A DNA stretch of 63,451 bases, filler included, from Choristocarpus tenellus KU-1152 (taxonomy: Eukaryota; Protista; Phaeophyceae), in assembly GCA_964200185.2 (NCBI GenBank). It is 9 parts of 9 records of this genome, joined end to end, with 100 filler letters (N's around TTAATTAATTAA, not from the genome) between each part and the next. Parts side by side here need not be neighbours in the genome. Positions count along the whole stretch, not along the records: positions 13,562 to 19,084 come from CAXNAD020010533.1; positions 19,185 to 22,300 come from CAXNAD020022214.1; positions 22,401 to 35,290 come from CAXNAD020001673.1; 6 more parts are not named here. One strand, written 5' to 3'. The position numbers were made by a program, and so were the translations under genes. Of the stretch, positions 13,462-25,700 are shown piece by piece (position 1 is the first letter of the stretch; each line of letters begins with the position of its first letter). The notes beneath the pieces are model-generated. The model saw nothing but the letters and a program-made list of their open reading frames with translations. It searched no databases and had not been told where the DNA came from.

Positions 13462-14946
13462 NNNNNNNNNNNNNNNNNNNNNNNNNNNNNNNNNNNNNNN
13501 NNNNNTTAATTAATTAANNNNNNNNNNNNNNNNNNNNNNNNNNNNNNNNNNNNNNNNNNNNCGCAGTGGTTGGTCATCAAATGTGGGGGATGACTGGAAA
13601 TCAGTGTCGAAGGGGGTTTGCACTGGTTGAGAGGGTTTCACAATAACTAAGAGGGTTTCTTCTGGCAGCGAATTCCTCCCTCATGGTCAGTGTCGTGTCA
13701 TCAACAGCCCACCAGTTTTCTTAATCCTCAAAACCTCTTACTCCAGCATTGACTACCTTATTTCCTTGCCCTTGAAAATATATTGCCTGCTGTACGTCTA
13801 CGCTCTTTGACCCCTTTCTCCCGTATTTTGCCCATTCAACCCCTTTCTTGGTGTGATCCCACAGGGTATCCTACTCGTCGAAATCAAAGCCCAGCGCAGA
13901 CTCCCAGGGCAAGCCACCCACTATATTTGTTGTAAAGTATAACTTGTACATCTCTCCCTAATGTGCAAAGTAAAGGAAGCTCCCCCTCGATTAGCCTATC
14001 TCCAGTCTAAAACGATACCTACCTCTATATCGTACTTACCTCATTATCATTTAGTATATTTCTGCTATGTCATACTATCTAAAGTATATATTTAGTTTCA
14101 AGAATGTTTTTAGGCTTTGTATTGCTCACGAATTCTGCATTATGTTTATTAACTTACTCCTTGTTTGCCATTCCCCTATTTTTCCATTCCTTTCCTTCCC
14201 CATGTATTCCCTCTTCTGACCAGCCCATTGACCCCTCCCAGATACTATTGAGCCAAGTCTTAGTAAGGGTTTGAACACGAAAGTGGAGGATTCTAGCAAA
14301 TAGATCCAGGTATCTGCCTGACTATAGTTGTCGGATGTGATAGGTATACGCAGGGGTAGTGAATAGGTGTCTCTATCTTGGGGTTAGGGCAACTGACATG
14401 ATTTAGAAAGAGGTTATACACGTAGAAACCCTACTACTTCACAAACACTGCCTTGACTGGTCAACTGTCCACATGACACCTCAATTTCCTTTACTGAAAA
14501 TGGGGGGTTCGGGAGGAGTGAGTAAAGTATTGCATAGAAACGAACTTGAGTATTTCCACTAAATCCAATAGCTGGGAAACACAAGCAAAGACAGGGGATA
14601 GATGTGTGTGGCTCTGGGTGAGCAGTGCGGGCAACCAAGTCGGTATTGAAAGCAACAAGATCAAGAACTTGAAGGGCAAGGTTTTGCATTCCAATGCTTC
14701 CACAATCAATTTCTTGACCTTCCATCCGCCCACAAACCGAATTTCCTTTAACTGTGTACATTGAGATTGGTTGCGCTGGTTTGCCACTGGATATGTGGGA
14801 TTGACCGCATTGGTTGGTGACTGGAAGTCAGTGGTGAAGATGGTTTGCACTTATTGGTCACTGGGTATGTGGAATTGGCCTCATTGATGGTGACTGAAAG
14901 TCAGTGGTCACCCTGATTGGTCACATGGTATGTGCAATGTGACCAC

Positions 14947-15205
14947 GAGTGAAAGTATCTTAGAGGGTACGAGTTTCTCCCTTTTTTGTCCATTTGGGGC
15001 TTGGCTTCCCATGTTTGTTTTATGGCATTTTCCTACTCCAGAATGTTTCGGAGTAGGTAAGATGTATACATTATGAAAATGTGTGTTTGGAATAAGTATA
15101 TTGACACTTCCTACCAAACGAAATAGCCAAAATTGCATCAAAATTGCAACATTGGATTTTGGCCCCCAAATGGACGCGGCTCTACCCTCTAAGATAATTT
15201 GGCTC
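14947..15205. mobile_element. MITE family A (~260 bp)
   Basis: TIRs GAGTGAAAGTATCTTAGAGGGTA ... TACCCTCTAAGATAATTTGGCTC. Confidence 0.92.
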
Positions 15206-15240
15206 CACATTGGAGGATGACTGGAAATAAGTGGTGAAGA

Positions 15241-15501
15241 GAGTAAAGGTATCTTAGAGGGTACAAGGTTTGCCCTGTTTGTCCATTTGGGACTCGGCTT
15301 CCCTCGAGTTTTTTTTAATGACTTTGTCCTACTCCAAAATATTTCGGAGAAGGTAAAATGTATACGTTATGAAAAGGTCTGTCCAGAACAAGGATATTGA
15401 CACTTCCTAACAAATACAATAGCCAAAATTACATCAAAATTGCAGCATGGGATTTTGGCCCCCAAATGGACGCGGCTCTACCCTCTAAGATACTTTGACT
15501 C
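15241..15501. mobile_element. MITE family A with 4-bp TSD AAGA
   Basis: Both TIRs; AAGA at 15237-15240 and 15502-15505. Confidence 0.92.
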
Positions 15502-15851
15502 AAGATTGGTTGCGCTTGTTGGTCACTGAATATGTGGAGTTGGCTGTTGGGGGTGGTGACTGGATATGCGGATTTGGCCTCATAGTGTGGGGGGTAATAA
15601 GGATAGTATGTAGAGGGAAAGAAGTAGTGGCATTATAGTAGTTGGGGAGGAGGAGAGTGAATTGACTGCTGAGTCGAGTCTAGTTGAGGAATTCAGAATT
15701 CGTGAGCAAAGCAAAACGACAATAATGAGGTAAGAAATAAAGCTGTATATGTAGGTATCGTATTAGCATCGACTGTGGGCTCCTGATATATATATATATA
15801 TATTCTTATATCATTTCAGTTGTATCCGATACGAGAAAAAAGGTCCTCAAC

Positions 15852-16108
15852 GAGCCAAAGTATCTTAGAGGGTAGGGCTACGTCTATTTGGGGACAAAAT
15901 CCAATGTTGCGATTTTGATGTAATTATGGCTATCGTGTTTGTTAGGAAGTCTCAGTATCCTTGTTCCAGACACACCTTTTCATAACGTATACATTTGGCC
16001 TACTACGAAACATTTTGGAGTGTGAAAAAGTAATAAAACGCCCATGGGAAGCCAAGCCCCAAATGAACAAGCAGGGCCAAACTAGTACCCTCTAAGATAC
16101 TTTCACTC
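15852..16108. mobile_element. MITE family A (opposite orientation) with TSD CAAC
   Basis: Both TIRs; CAAC at 15848-15851 and 16109-16112. Confidence 0.92.
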
Positions 16109-16217
16109 CAACCTCAGCTGCCTTTTCAAGCGTTAACGTGTGAAGAGTACGCAAGTTCTAGCTTGGAAGTTCATTTTGCTCATTTCTGTACCGTACTCAG
16201 AATGACGGCTTGTTTCC

Positions 16218-16650
16218 GAGCCAAGTATCTTGGACGGTAGAGCTGCGTCCTTTTTGGGGCCCAAAATCCAAAGTTGCAATTTTAGTGTAATCTTGGCTAT
16301 CGTGTTTCTTAGGAGATGTCAATGTCCTTGTTCTGGACACTCCTTTCCATAACGCATACATTTTACCTACTCCGAAATATTTTTACCCTGCTGTCAAAAC
16401 GTTGCACAACATTCTTACTTTGGACACACACAGCTGTCGTCTGTATTGGCGTGTGATTCCGAATCAGCTCTCACACTGCCAAATCGTCATGATCAAAAAG
16501 ATGATAGGTAAATAGTAAGATGCATATAATACAGAATTGAGACCAACATTTATTTTTGGAGTAGGTAAAATGTCATTAAAAACATGTGGGCAGTTAAGCC
16601 CCAAATGGACAAACAGAAAAAACCCCGTACCCTCTAAGATACTTTCACTC
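16218..16650. mobile_element. MITE family A interrupted by a 166-bp insertion (16385-16550)
   Basis: The two MITE halves flank unrelated DNA bounded by duplicated TATTTTT. Confidence 0.85.
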
Positions 16651-17199
16651 TTCTGTCATGAATTTCGAAATTATCTGTCATCTACATATACTACACATAC
16701 GTTTATGAATTTCATCTTTATTGCATAGAAGGAGATTACTCTCTCGTCTCTAAGAAGCAAAAAAGAGAAAATGGGTGCTAAATGAAAAACAAATACGTGG
16801 ACTTAATGCCCAGAAAACAGCAGGGTCTTTTGAGAAACTGAGGATCCCAACGTCATCAACAGCAATAGTAGTAGTGCCCCTCAACAAATATATTGGAGGG
16901 CCTCTGATACAAATAAAGGTTTGAAAAATAAATAAATATATATATGAGGATATTTCCTCTACCTTTTGAACATGTCATAGATATGTCACAGACAGATGTA
17001 TGTGGACAGTAAGCAATCTGGATGGACCGTCCTCAAATTGCTATCAAGTACTTCAAAAATACATGTGATACACTAACGCCTTATTGCTGCTCATAACAAA
17101 TTGATTATGATGTGTACTGCGAACGGGATAAAAACTATATTTAATTTTTAATGAACCCTTCTTACTTGTAACAAATTGTTGTGATTCAACGACAAGATT

Positions 17200-18450
17200 A
17201 TTCTATTGTTGTCCGTCAAGCGTGAGTAATCTTGGTATAATGCCTCCTGGGAAAATTGCGCAGGTAGATAAAGTACTACAGATTCTTTGTCAGAAATGTT
17301 TCAACAGGGTTCGGTCATTCTTCTACCATCTGTTGGGGAGTTTTATATATGTATCATGGGGATTTATCTCACCATTTTGTGCTGGGGGGGATCCATTGCC
17401 TCATTTTGGAAAGACACCACATAAATGAAGGTGAGCTGTTGTGGGTGGCACTTTCAAAAGGTAGAAATCTCCAGGGTTGTGTTTCTTCCTCAGAGATTCA
17501 AGTGCTAGATCGTTGGACATAGTCTGCAAGAAGAGGATGGCATGGACAATAGAGAGAGAAAGGGAGAGGAATCCTCAATTCAGTGATACAGTGACCAGCA
17601 AGAAGAGAGGTGCACGGATAAGAACAAGGTAGGTGTCAAACATCTCACTGATCGATAGATAAAACAGTTTGTACCTTAGCGTTCCTGCTGACTTCTCAAA
17701 TAGAATGCTCGGGCTGCTGTTGTTGTTGTGCATCCAGGTTTGGAGGTATTTGATCTGTGGAGACTAACTTGATGTGGTGATGCTGGCATTATCTGTTTTT
17801 CCTTTGGTTGATAATGAATTGATGGGAGAATGGAGTGGAATAATGAAATGTTGTTTACCTATCTGTAAGTGGAGGGAAGATGTGTAGGTGACTCAATTGA
17901 CTGGTTGAAGGTGGATGAGAGAGGTTTAGGTTGGGGTTGGAAACATTAGCCGGGCAGAGTAAGGTATGTGAGAATCAGTCAATATAATGTTTCATAGAGT
18001 TGGAGCCAGCTAACAACTCAGTTCCTATCCAATATGATGATCAAGGCATGGAAATGTGAATATTTCCTGACTCATCACAGCGTCATCTATGATACTGTCA
18101 AATCCCGCTTGCAGCAGATAGTGACTGCCACTTGAGACAAAGTAAACGCGAGGTACTCAAAGTTGCATTTTTAGGATGACCGCAAATAGTTGGAAAGTTT
18201 CGACTTCTTTTAAATGACCATGGGATTGTGAAGGGTTACAAAACTGGCGTATAATGCAAAAGAGCCAAAAACTGGGGACCTCTCGCTACTTTGGTTCACT
18301 ACACAAGTGGCTCTCTCTACACATGTCATGCATTTCGGACTGGAAAGACCAGGCAGATGGGCAAGGAGTGGCCTGTCAGGTTCTTGGGATGCTCCCTCGC
18401 TCCTCACCCAGTTGTATAGGGTATAGCAGCAATGAATACATAATATTGTG
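17200..18450 (-). mobile_element. Possible degenerate LINE RT relic
   Basis: Minus-strand fragments GSIPRT*Q, ERSPVFGSFALYASF, AGFDSII and QIKYLQ fall in RT-like order. Confidence 0.3.
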
Positions 18451-18769
18451 ATTGCCAAGCCTTAAGGAGCTTTCGTGCTACACCTGATATTCAAACGGAA
18501 AATAGATTTTAGAGAGGTATCTTTCACATTTTCGACAGCTGGCTGTAACTATTACGAATATCCTTGTGATATTGGTTTAGCGTTTTTCCCTGCCACATCT
18601 GGTTAATGTCAGTGGGCAGAATAATATGTACTAGAATACTACGGATGTTCTACCGAAAATTATATGCATCAATACTACTGTACTGTAACGTACCTTACAT
18701 ATATTATTATGCCCACTGACATCTACTAGACGCATCTCTCTAATCTATTTACTGTGTACATGAAGCTTT

Positions 18770-18889
18770 CATATTTAACGTACTCTGAAATGCTTCAGTG
18801 CAGATAAAAAGTCATAAAATACCCGTGGGAAGCCAAGCCCCAAACGGACAAACAGGGCAAAACTCGTACCCTCTAAGATACTTTCACTC
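18770..18889. mobile_element. MITE family A, half copy
   Basis: Ends GTACCCTCTAAGATACTTTCACTC. Confidence 0.85.
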
Positions 18890-21281
18890 TGATGCGAGTT
18901 GAACATCACCAGTTTCCATCCTCGAGGCGACATTCTCTCCCTCAACAGTCCCCCCCTGGGACGATGAAATATGCCTCATTTCCGCCTAGTTCTTCGACAC
19001 GCACCTCTGATGTTACCGTCTTGGGGTGGGTCCCCCCCCCCCAAAATTCCCACTGGGATGATGGTATTCACTTCACCCCCTGAGNNNNNNNNNNNNNNNN
19101 NNNNNNNNNNNNNNNNNNNNNNNNNNNNTTAATTAATTAANNNNNNNNNNNNNNNNNNNNNNNNNNNNNNNNNNNNNNNNNNNNGTTTATGGGGGGTGGG
19201 GGTGGTAGTCCCCTTCCACTTTTGATGCAATGTGATGCGATCATCTCGGCTTTCTCACTGCGTAAGTCTGCTATTCTCACAATTCCAGGAAACCGAGAGA
19301 GTTGATGCAGAGACAACGGCGGAGACCACGTGGGCTTGGGGGTGGGTGGGTGGGTGAGTGCCATGCGGTAGGAATGGACAAATTGTTAAAAAAAATACTA
19401 TGTTTTTAAAAATTCCAATACCAATAAAAAAAAGCAAGAGAGAAAATAAATAAATATTTTGCTAAGGAATAAAAAGAAACAGTCTGCATTATTGTAAGGT
19501 GCATATACTGCTGTAGAACATGTGTAAATATATTTTTCTTATTTATCTAATAAATGTAAAAAAACGAGCACTGCAATTATTTTTTTTTTAGTGATTGAAC
19601 AGGCGTTTTTTTCAACAGCTTCTGACGCACTTTGGCAGGAAGATTTGAAGTGATGGTCAGGGGGAGTTTTCGGTAGGGTAACCAAGCCACACATTAGGGT
19701 TGGACTGTTGATACACTACTTGATGCCAACTTATGTTTTGCAAATGTTGAAGGGGAGGGACCGGGGGGGAGGGGGGGAAAGAAGCAATGCATGTATAGGA
19801 GAAGTCAACAAATACTTCAACAGGGTCTACATTGTATTATTTATAGGAAAAAGGCGTTCCTTGAACAAAACATACAATAGAATTTAATATTAATAATAAT
19901 AATAACACCACATATGTACATATATATTAATTTTTGAGGATTAGAAAATAAAAAAGGGGGAATTTTTTTTACATAGAGTGTAACAGACAAAGAGAGTCCT
20001 ATGCCATCTTGCAGTCAATTCCAAAAAAAGATAAGAAAGAGTGTTTATTACCCTACATACGTAGCGCAGTAAGATATTATTATTATTATTATGACCATTG
20101 CTGTTAGTAGGATCATGGATAACTGCAAAATACCGTCAGGCAGATCCCCACCCCCCCTTCTCTTTTTTTTACCTAAAAAAAAAAGTCTCTATCACAAGAA
20201 AAAAAAAAGTCTGGCGTTGAAGGGGTTTGAACTCACGAAATCTTTGCAAGTTGGTGAAACGGCTCTATTCTGTCACCACACATCCGTGTAAAAAAAGAGG
20301 GTGTATTGTATTAGGGTGTATTCCGGTGTAAGGACATTGGAAAAAAAATTGAAGAGGTCATACAGATCGACATTTTCTGTTTGGGAGGAGGGGAGAATCC
20401 CTGTGATTGTGAGTGCCCATGAGTCTAAGACCTATGACTGTGAGTCTGCAAAACAAACCACACCCAACACCCAGCACAGCACCCAGCCAGATGGATCTTG
20501 TTTGGGGGTGTCCCTATGCCTGCATGTCTAAATAAAAAAATATATGCGTTGCTCCACTCCACTCCACTCCACTCCTCAATAATAAAAAATATATATTTCT
20601 TGATAGATCAAAAAATAAAATATTTCACTTCACTCACTAAAATATTGGTAACGGTAGTGCTACACACATACTCCGGAGTAAATACTTGAAGGAGGCGTTT
20701 GATGTGGAAAGGGTTAGGGTTAGGGTTAGCAGAGTCAACAAGGTGGAGATGATCCTGCTTCGAAAGAATAACATATGGTATACGGTCTGTCTTAGTCTCT
20801 ACTATTGTACAATCTCCTTACAATCTGAGGAGCCAATTTTCAGTTACGCACTTCTCAAACAATCATTTTTTTGTTTTTTTTTCTCCTTTTTGACACATCT
20901 GACTCATCACACCGACTCATCCCCTCCTCTCTCGCTTTTCCATTAAAAAAAAATCAGTCTAGTTGAGTTCGATGTTAACGCCCATGTGTGTACAACTAAT
21001 GTGTGTACAACTAATGTGTGTGTGTGTGTGTGTGTGTATTAGATGAAACAAAACACACTCTTTGTTCAACAGTCTGACAGTTACATTTATTTTATATATT
21101 GATGTTTTTTCGATACTCCGACAGTTACATGTCTAGAAATAATGATATTCTTGTTACTTGTTACTTCCACATTCCCCACCTCCATACACAGATTTTAACC
21201 TCAATGCATAGACCTCCACGTACTCCGGACAGGGATGTGGGGGGGGTATACAAAGACTGTTACACTGCTAAAGGTACCTAC

Positions 21282-21438
21282 CTCTGCAAAGGGGATGTGA
21301 GTAAGGCCTCAACAAGCAGGTCGATGTTGGGACACTCTGAAAACGCCTGCTTGACTATTGCAGTGGCCAGTTCCATGCGCTGGTCAACATCCTTGCAGTC
21401 AAGGAGCTCACGACCCAAGGACATCAACCCATCTGAAT
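21282..21438 (-). CDS. LIG1: Internal exon of DNA ligase I
   Basis: DSDGLMSLGRELLDCKDVDQRMELATAIVKQAFSECPNIDLLVEALLTSPLQR matches the LIG1 segment (KQ..SECP..D.L...LL) just before PGIP.KPMLA. Donor gtaggt; acceptor at 21432 or 21438. No other exons identified on this contig. Confidence 0.78.
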
Positions 21439-21753
21439 CTTTCCAAGGGTTAGGGTTAGGGTTAGAGAGATAGAGTGAGTGTGTGTGTGCCTGCTTGTAA
21501 TTTTGTTTGAGATTTCTTTGTGAGAAATCACTACCTCAATAAAACAAATATTTATATATATATACATGTCTATAAAAATAATATAAAACAATAATGTTTA
21601 CAAAAAAAAAATGTTTAGAATTGTTCCTCGCAACGCCAGCACAATTGTACCCCAAATGTGTAATAATCACCTACATAATCACTCTATGCACATAACACTT
21701 ACAAATATTGCCAAAGAAGTGCGTGCTGGAAAACACTTGGTACTCTATCAAGG

Positions 21754-21960
21754 GTACCAACAGAGAGTACTGTACCAACAGAGAGTACTGTACCAACAGA
21801 GAGTACTGTACCAACAGAGAGTACTGTACCAACAGAGAGTACTGTACCAACAGAGAGTACTGTACCAACAGAGAGTACTGTACCCACAGAGAGTACTGTA
21901 CCAACAGAGAGTACTGTACTTACAGAGAGTACTGTACCAACAGAGAGTACTGTACCAACA
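21754..21960. repeat. Minisatellite, 18-bp unit GTACCAACAGAGAGTACT x ~11.5
   Basis: Directly visible; two slightly variant units; no spacers. Confidence 0.97.
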
Positions 21961-22400
21961 AAGGTTAAAGGTACTCTCTCACCAACAAGCACCCTACCGA
22001 TTGACTATTTCAAATTCTAGACCACTGGGATAAATTTACGTCCTGGTATTATTATTATTATTATAATATTATTTTCACCCATCTTTTGCATTAAAAAAAA
22101 TGTGTTCAAATCGGGGTTAGGGTATTGGAGACACAGATAGGGACATGGGGGTTCATTTTATTGATCTGTACCTATAGTGGTAACAATTAAATGACAGGAA
22201 TGGACTACCTACCAGACTAAGCTAAAAACGAAAAAAAAAACTGGAGTAATAAAAAATAATACTATAATTTTTCTATACATACATATTATATATAAATAAA
22301 NNNNNNNNNNNNNNNNNNNNNNNNNNNNNNNNNNNNNNNNNNNNTTAATTAATTAANNNNNNNNNNNNNNNNNNNNNNNNNNNNNNNNNNNNNNNNNNNN

Positions 22401-22537
22401 CCCCCCCTAGATACTTTGACCCATTTACTTACTCCTAAACATTTCGGAATTGGAAAATGTTGTAAAATACCTGCGGGAAGCCAAGCCCCAAACGGGCAAT
22501 CAGGGCAAAACTCCTACCCTCTAAGAAAATTTCGCTC
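22401..22537. mobile_element. Family C end abutting or nested in a family A half copy
   Basis: CCCCTAGATACTTTGACCC is followed directly by family A sequence through to its TIR. Confidence 0.7.
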
Positions 22538-22719
22538 ACAAAGTTTTAAGAGAGAAACCCTTGGAATCTATTGGATGATTCACAACATTTGAGAGTGGAA
22601 AAATAATACTCCATCCAAGTACGTTTTTGCTGTTGTCGGTGCCACAAGGGCATACTTTTCACCCCTAAAAAACCGATAGTGAATGAGTAAATATGGGAGT
22701 CAGTACTTGTACACTGCAC

Positions 22720-25700
22720 CTGCACCGCTGCAGCCGCTCGGGGCAAGACCCTCCTTCGGTCAAAAGGTGTTTTGGGAGGTCTTCGTCTACCAACTTGGAT
22801 GCTCCACACCCTCTTGGACACGCCACGGGACGCTTGGGGCAATGGTAAGAGGCATGGGCCTTCTCCAACCATGAAGGAAGACCTCTGCACATTCAGAAAC
22901 GGCAAACACATAAGGGCAGTGCAGCAGCATCAGAAAAAATAATATATGTGTGTTGGAGAGGCTGGTGGGGGTGTAGCAGAGTGGGCTAGATTTTAACTAT
23001 ATCATGGGTGATGTGGAAGTGAAGCTGAAGACTGGAGGTTAAGTCTGTTGGGGTCATAAAGGAGTTGTCCTGAGAAGGAGGGAAGGGATTGGCAGTCATA
23101 TTGGGGGGTGTAGCTTCGGAGAGGAGAAAATCTAGGAAACTTGTGACCTCAATTTTTGAAAAAAGTAGCAACTATAAAGGATAGAGCAAGGAGTTCCATC
23201 GTAGTCCCACTTCCTTTTCCATATCAAAGACTTGTTTCGTTTTTTTAATGCAATATGAAGGTTTCAGGCATGACAAGGGCATGTGCTTGCTAGCTCTGTG
23301 CGGTGATACCTAGAACCCAAAGTATCTGGGAGGGGGGGGGGGGTCTACACCAGGGTGTCCATTTGGGGCAAAATCAGGAAAAGTGCATTTATAGTAACCA
23401 ATCGACGTATGCAACCAAATCAACCAAAAATCGCGACATGAAAATATTGACCCCAAATGGACAGCCAACACCCCCCTCCCAGATAATTTGAACCTAGGCT
23501 TGGTCAATACAACACAACTTTGGCACCACAAGGTCGAATGGCATAATGAGAAAGCAGCCTTATTAAGCCCAATCCATCATCCCTCATCCAACCTGATGCC
23601 ACAGCCATTGGGGCAAGGCACCACCCGATGCGGGCATAAGAAATGCTCGTGCGTTTCCCTACGTGCTGCAGGTCCGAGCCTGACATTGCAGCCCTCCCAG
23701 CAGCAAGGTCGATCACAGACCTCAGTCTCATGGTGTTCGAGAGTTGCAGCCTCCACCCATGCCCCACAACTCACCCGGCACCGTACCTTGCGCTTTGGAC
23801 AGTCCTTGTTTGGGTTTGTTGGAATGAATAGCGCAGGAGCGTGACCATTAGCAAGAGCATGGTCGAGGATGAGGGTACTGGGCTGAGGGTGATGGGCGTG
23901 GGGGGTGACACTGTGATGGCATTTTGAGGTTGATTTGCAATTTTTGGCACTTGAAGGCCTGTGAAGAGAAAATGGGGATGTTGTTCACATTTATCTCTTG
24001 ATCACTTTGGTTCTGATAGAGTATCTATTTCATGGAGCATTGTGACGGCTAAGCGAAGGGACAAAAAGCAGGTAATGGATACTATTTCTCCGCATCTTAT
24101 CTTGTTTAGCTTGAGATGAATTATAGCCCCGAGGAGTACCACAAACAGCAGCAGCATATACTCTGCTCATATACAGCACTCCACCCTACCTTCTTGATGT
24201 GACTATTCATGTCAACATTGGCTATCTTCAAGCCACACCCGAATACACAGGGGTGCTGGCTCAGTCTGCAGTGCTCCTGCTCGTGCTGTTCAAGCATTGA
24301 TGCCATGACAGTATGTCCACATTCTCTTCTGCATTTTACGTTTCGGAACTTACACCTTGTGTGGACAATTTCAGAGCAAAGGGAGTTAGATCAGACTTGT
24401 TCATGAGAGGGAAAGAAATTTAGAGGGTAGGGCCACGTCTGTTCGGGATCTTAAGTCCAATGTTGCAATTTTGATGAATTTTGACGATCTTGTTCGTTTG
24501 CAAAATGCCAATATCCTTGCTCCGGACACATGTTTTAGAGTCATACACATTTTAGGTAACTATGTTCACACAGAAAACTGAAAAAAAGGCTCAATGTATC
24601 TGGGGGGGGGTAGGGGGTGATTCTACACCAGGGTGTCCATTTGGGCTATCACCAGGAAAAGTGCACTTACATTATCCATCCGACGTATGCAACCAAATAC
24701 CCAAAAATCGCGACATGGAAAAAAGGACCCCAAGTGGATAGCCGCCACCCCCACCCCCCAAAGGGCATAAAAACCTGTCGGAAGTCAAGCCCCAAACGAG
24801 CAGACAGGTCAAGCCTCCTACCCTCATAAATTCTATGAGTCCAATCATAAGTGGACTCTATTAACGCCACATACTGTACATGTCCATATGTGTTGAGAGT
24901 CGACACAGTAATACCATTAGGATTTTGTTCTATTCCTTTCCACTAATATTGTTGGTGGTGGAGGTTCTATAGTGGGTGCTGCAGGTCTAACACTTTTACA
25001 GTGCAGTGGTATATACAGCAGAAACGGATATCACACCATGTGCATGGGAATTGACTTGCAAGAAAGTATGTAGGAGTTGCACCTAGAACAAGTATATTTT
25101 GAGGAAGGTATCAGTTGGGTTATGAGCACAATGGTTATCTAGGGCCGCAACATGCAGTGAGGTTAGTAAATAGCCTCTTAGCCTTTGGTTGATACTTGTC
25201 CCTAGAAGTACTAATCCTATTCCTACTAATATGGTTAAGGGCGTACATGACCATATCCCCTACCTCCCAGAGACCTCTTCATCATATTTTTATTGGAACT
25301 ATTATCCGAAAGATTATGTATATATTTTCCTCAAAGTAGTACTATCTCTCTTTTGTCCTGTTGTGACCGTGGGTAGCCTTCCATCTTTTAGAAAAGTCTT
25401 GGTGTGTACTGTTGATGCATGAGTGAAAGTATCTTAAAGGGTACGAGTTTTACCCTGTTTGTCCATTTGGGGCTTGGATCCCATGGGGGTTTTTATGACA
25501 TTTTCCTACTCCAAAATGTTTAGGAGTAGGTAAAATGTATACGTTATGGAAAGGTTTGTCTGAAACATAGATATTGACACTTCCTAACATACATGATAGC
25601 CAAACATTACATCAATATTGCAACATTGGATTTTGACCCCCAAATGGACGCGGCTCTACCCTAACCCTAAGATACTTTGGCTCGCATGGCGCAATACCAC

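Noticed and set aside
14908-15210. Recurring similar ORFs (..PKSNVAIL..FWL.., LVPSKI) as a small-protein family
   Set aside because: These are translations of MITE copies; frames and stops are not conserved.
19200-19320. LHQLSRFPGIVRI as the next LIG1 exon
   Set aside because: Lacks the expected P.KPMLA motif and has no convincing acceptor.
20710-20730. TTAGGG runs as a telomere
   Set aside because: Only ~3 units and internal to the contig.
21754-21960. CRISPR array or repeat-protein CDS
   Set aside because: Units are contiguous with no unique spacers and no cas genes; the open frames follow from an 18-bp unit that lacks stop codons.
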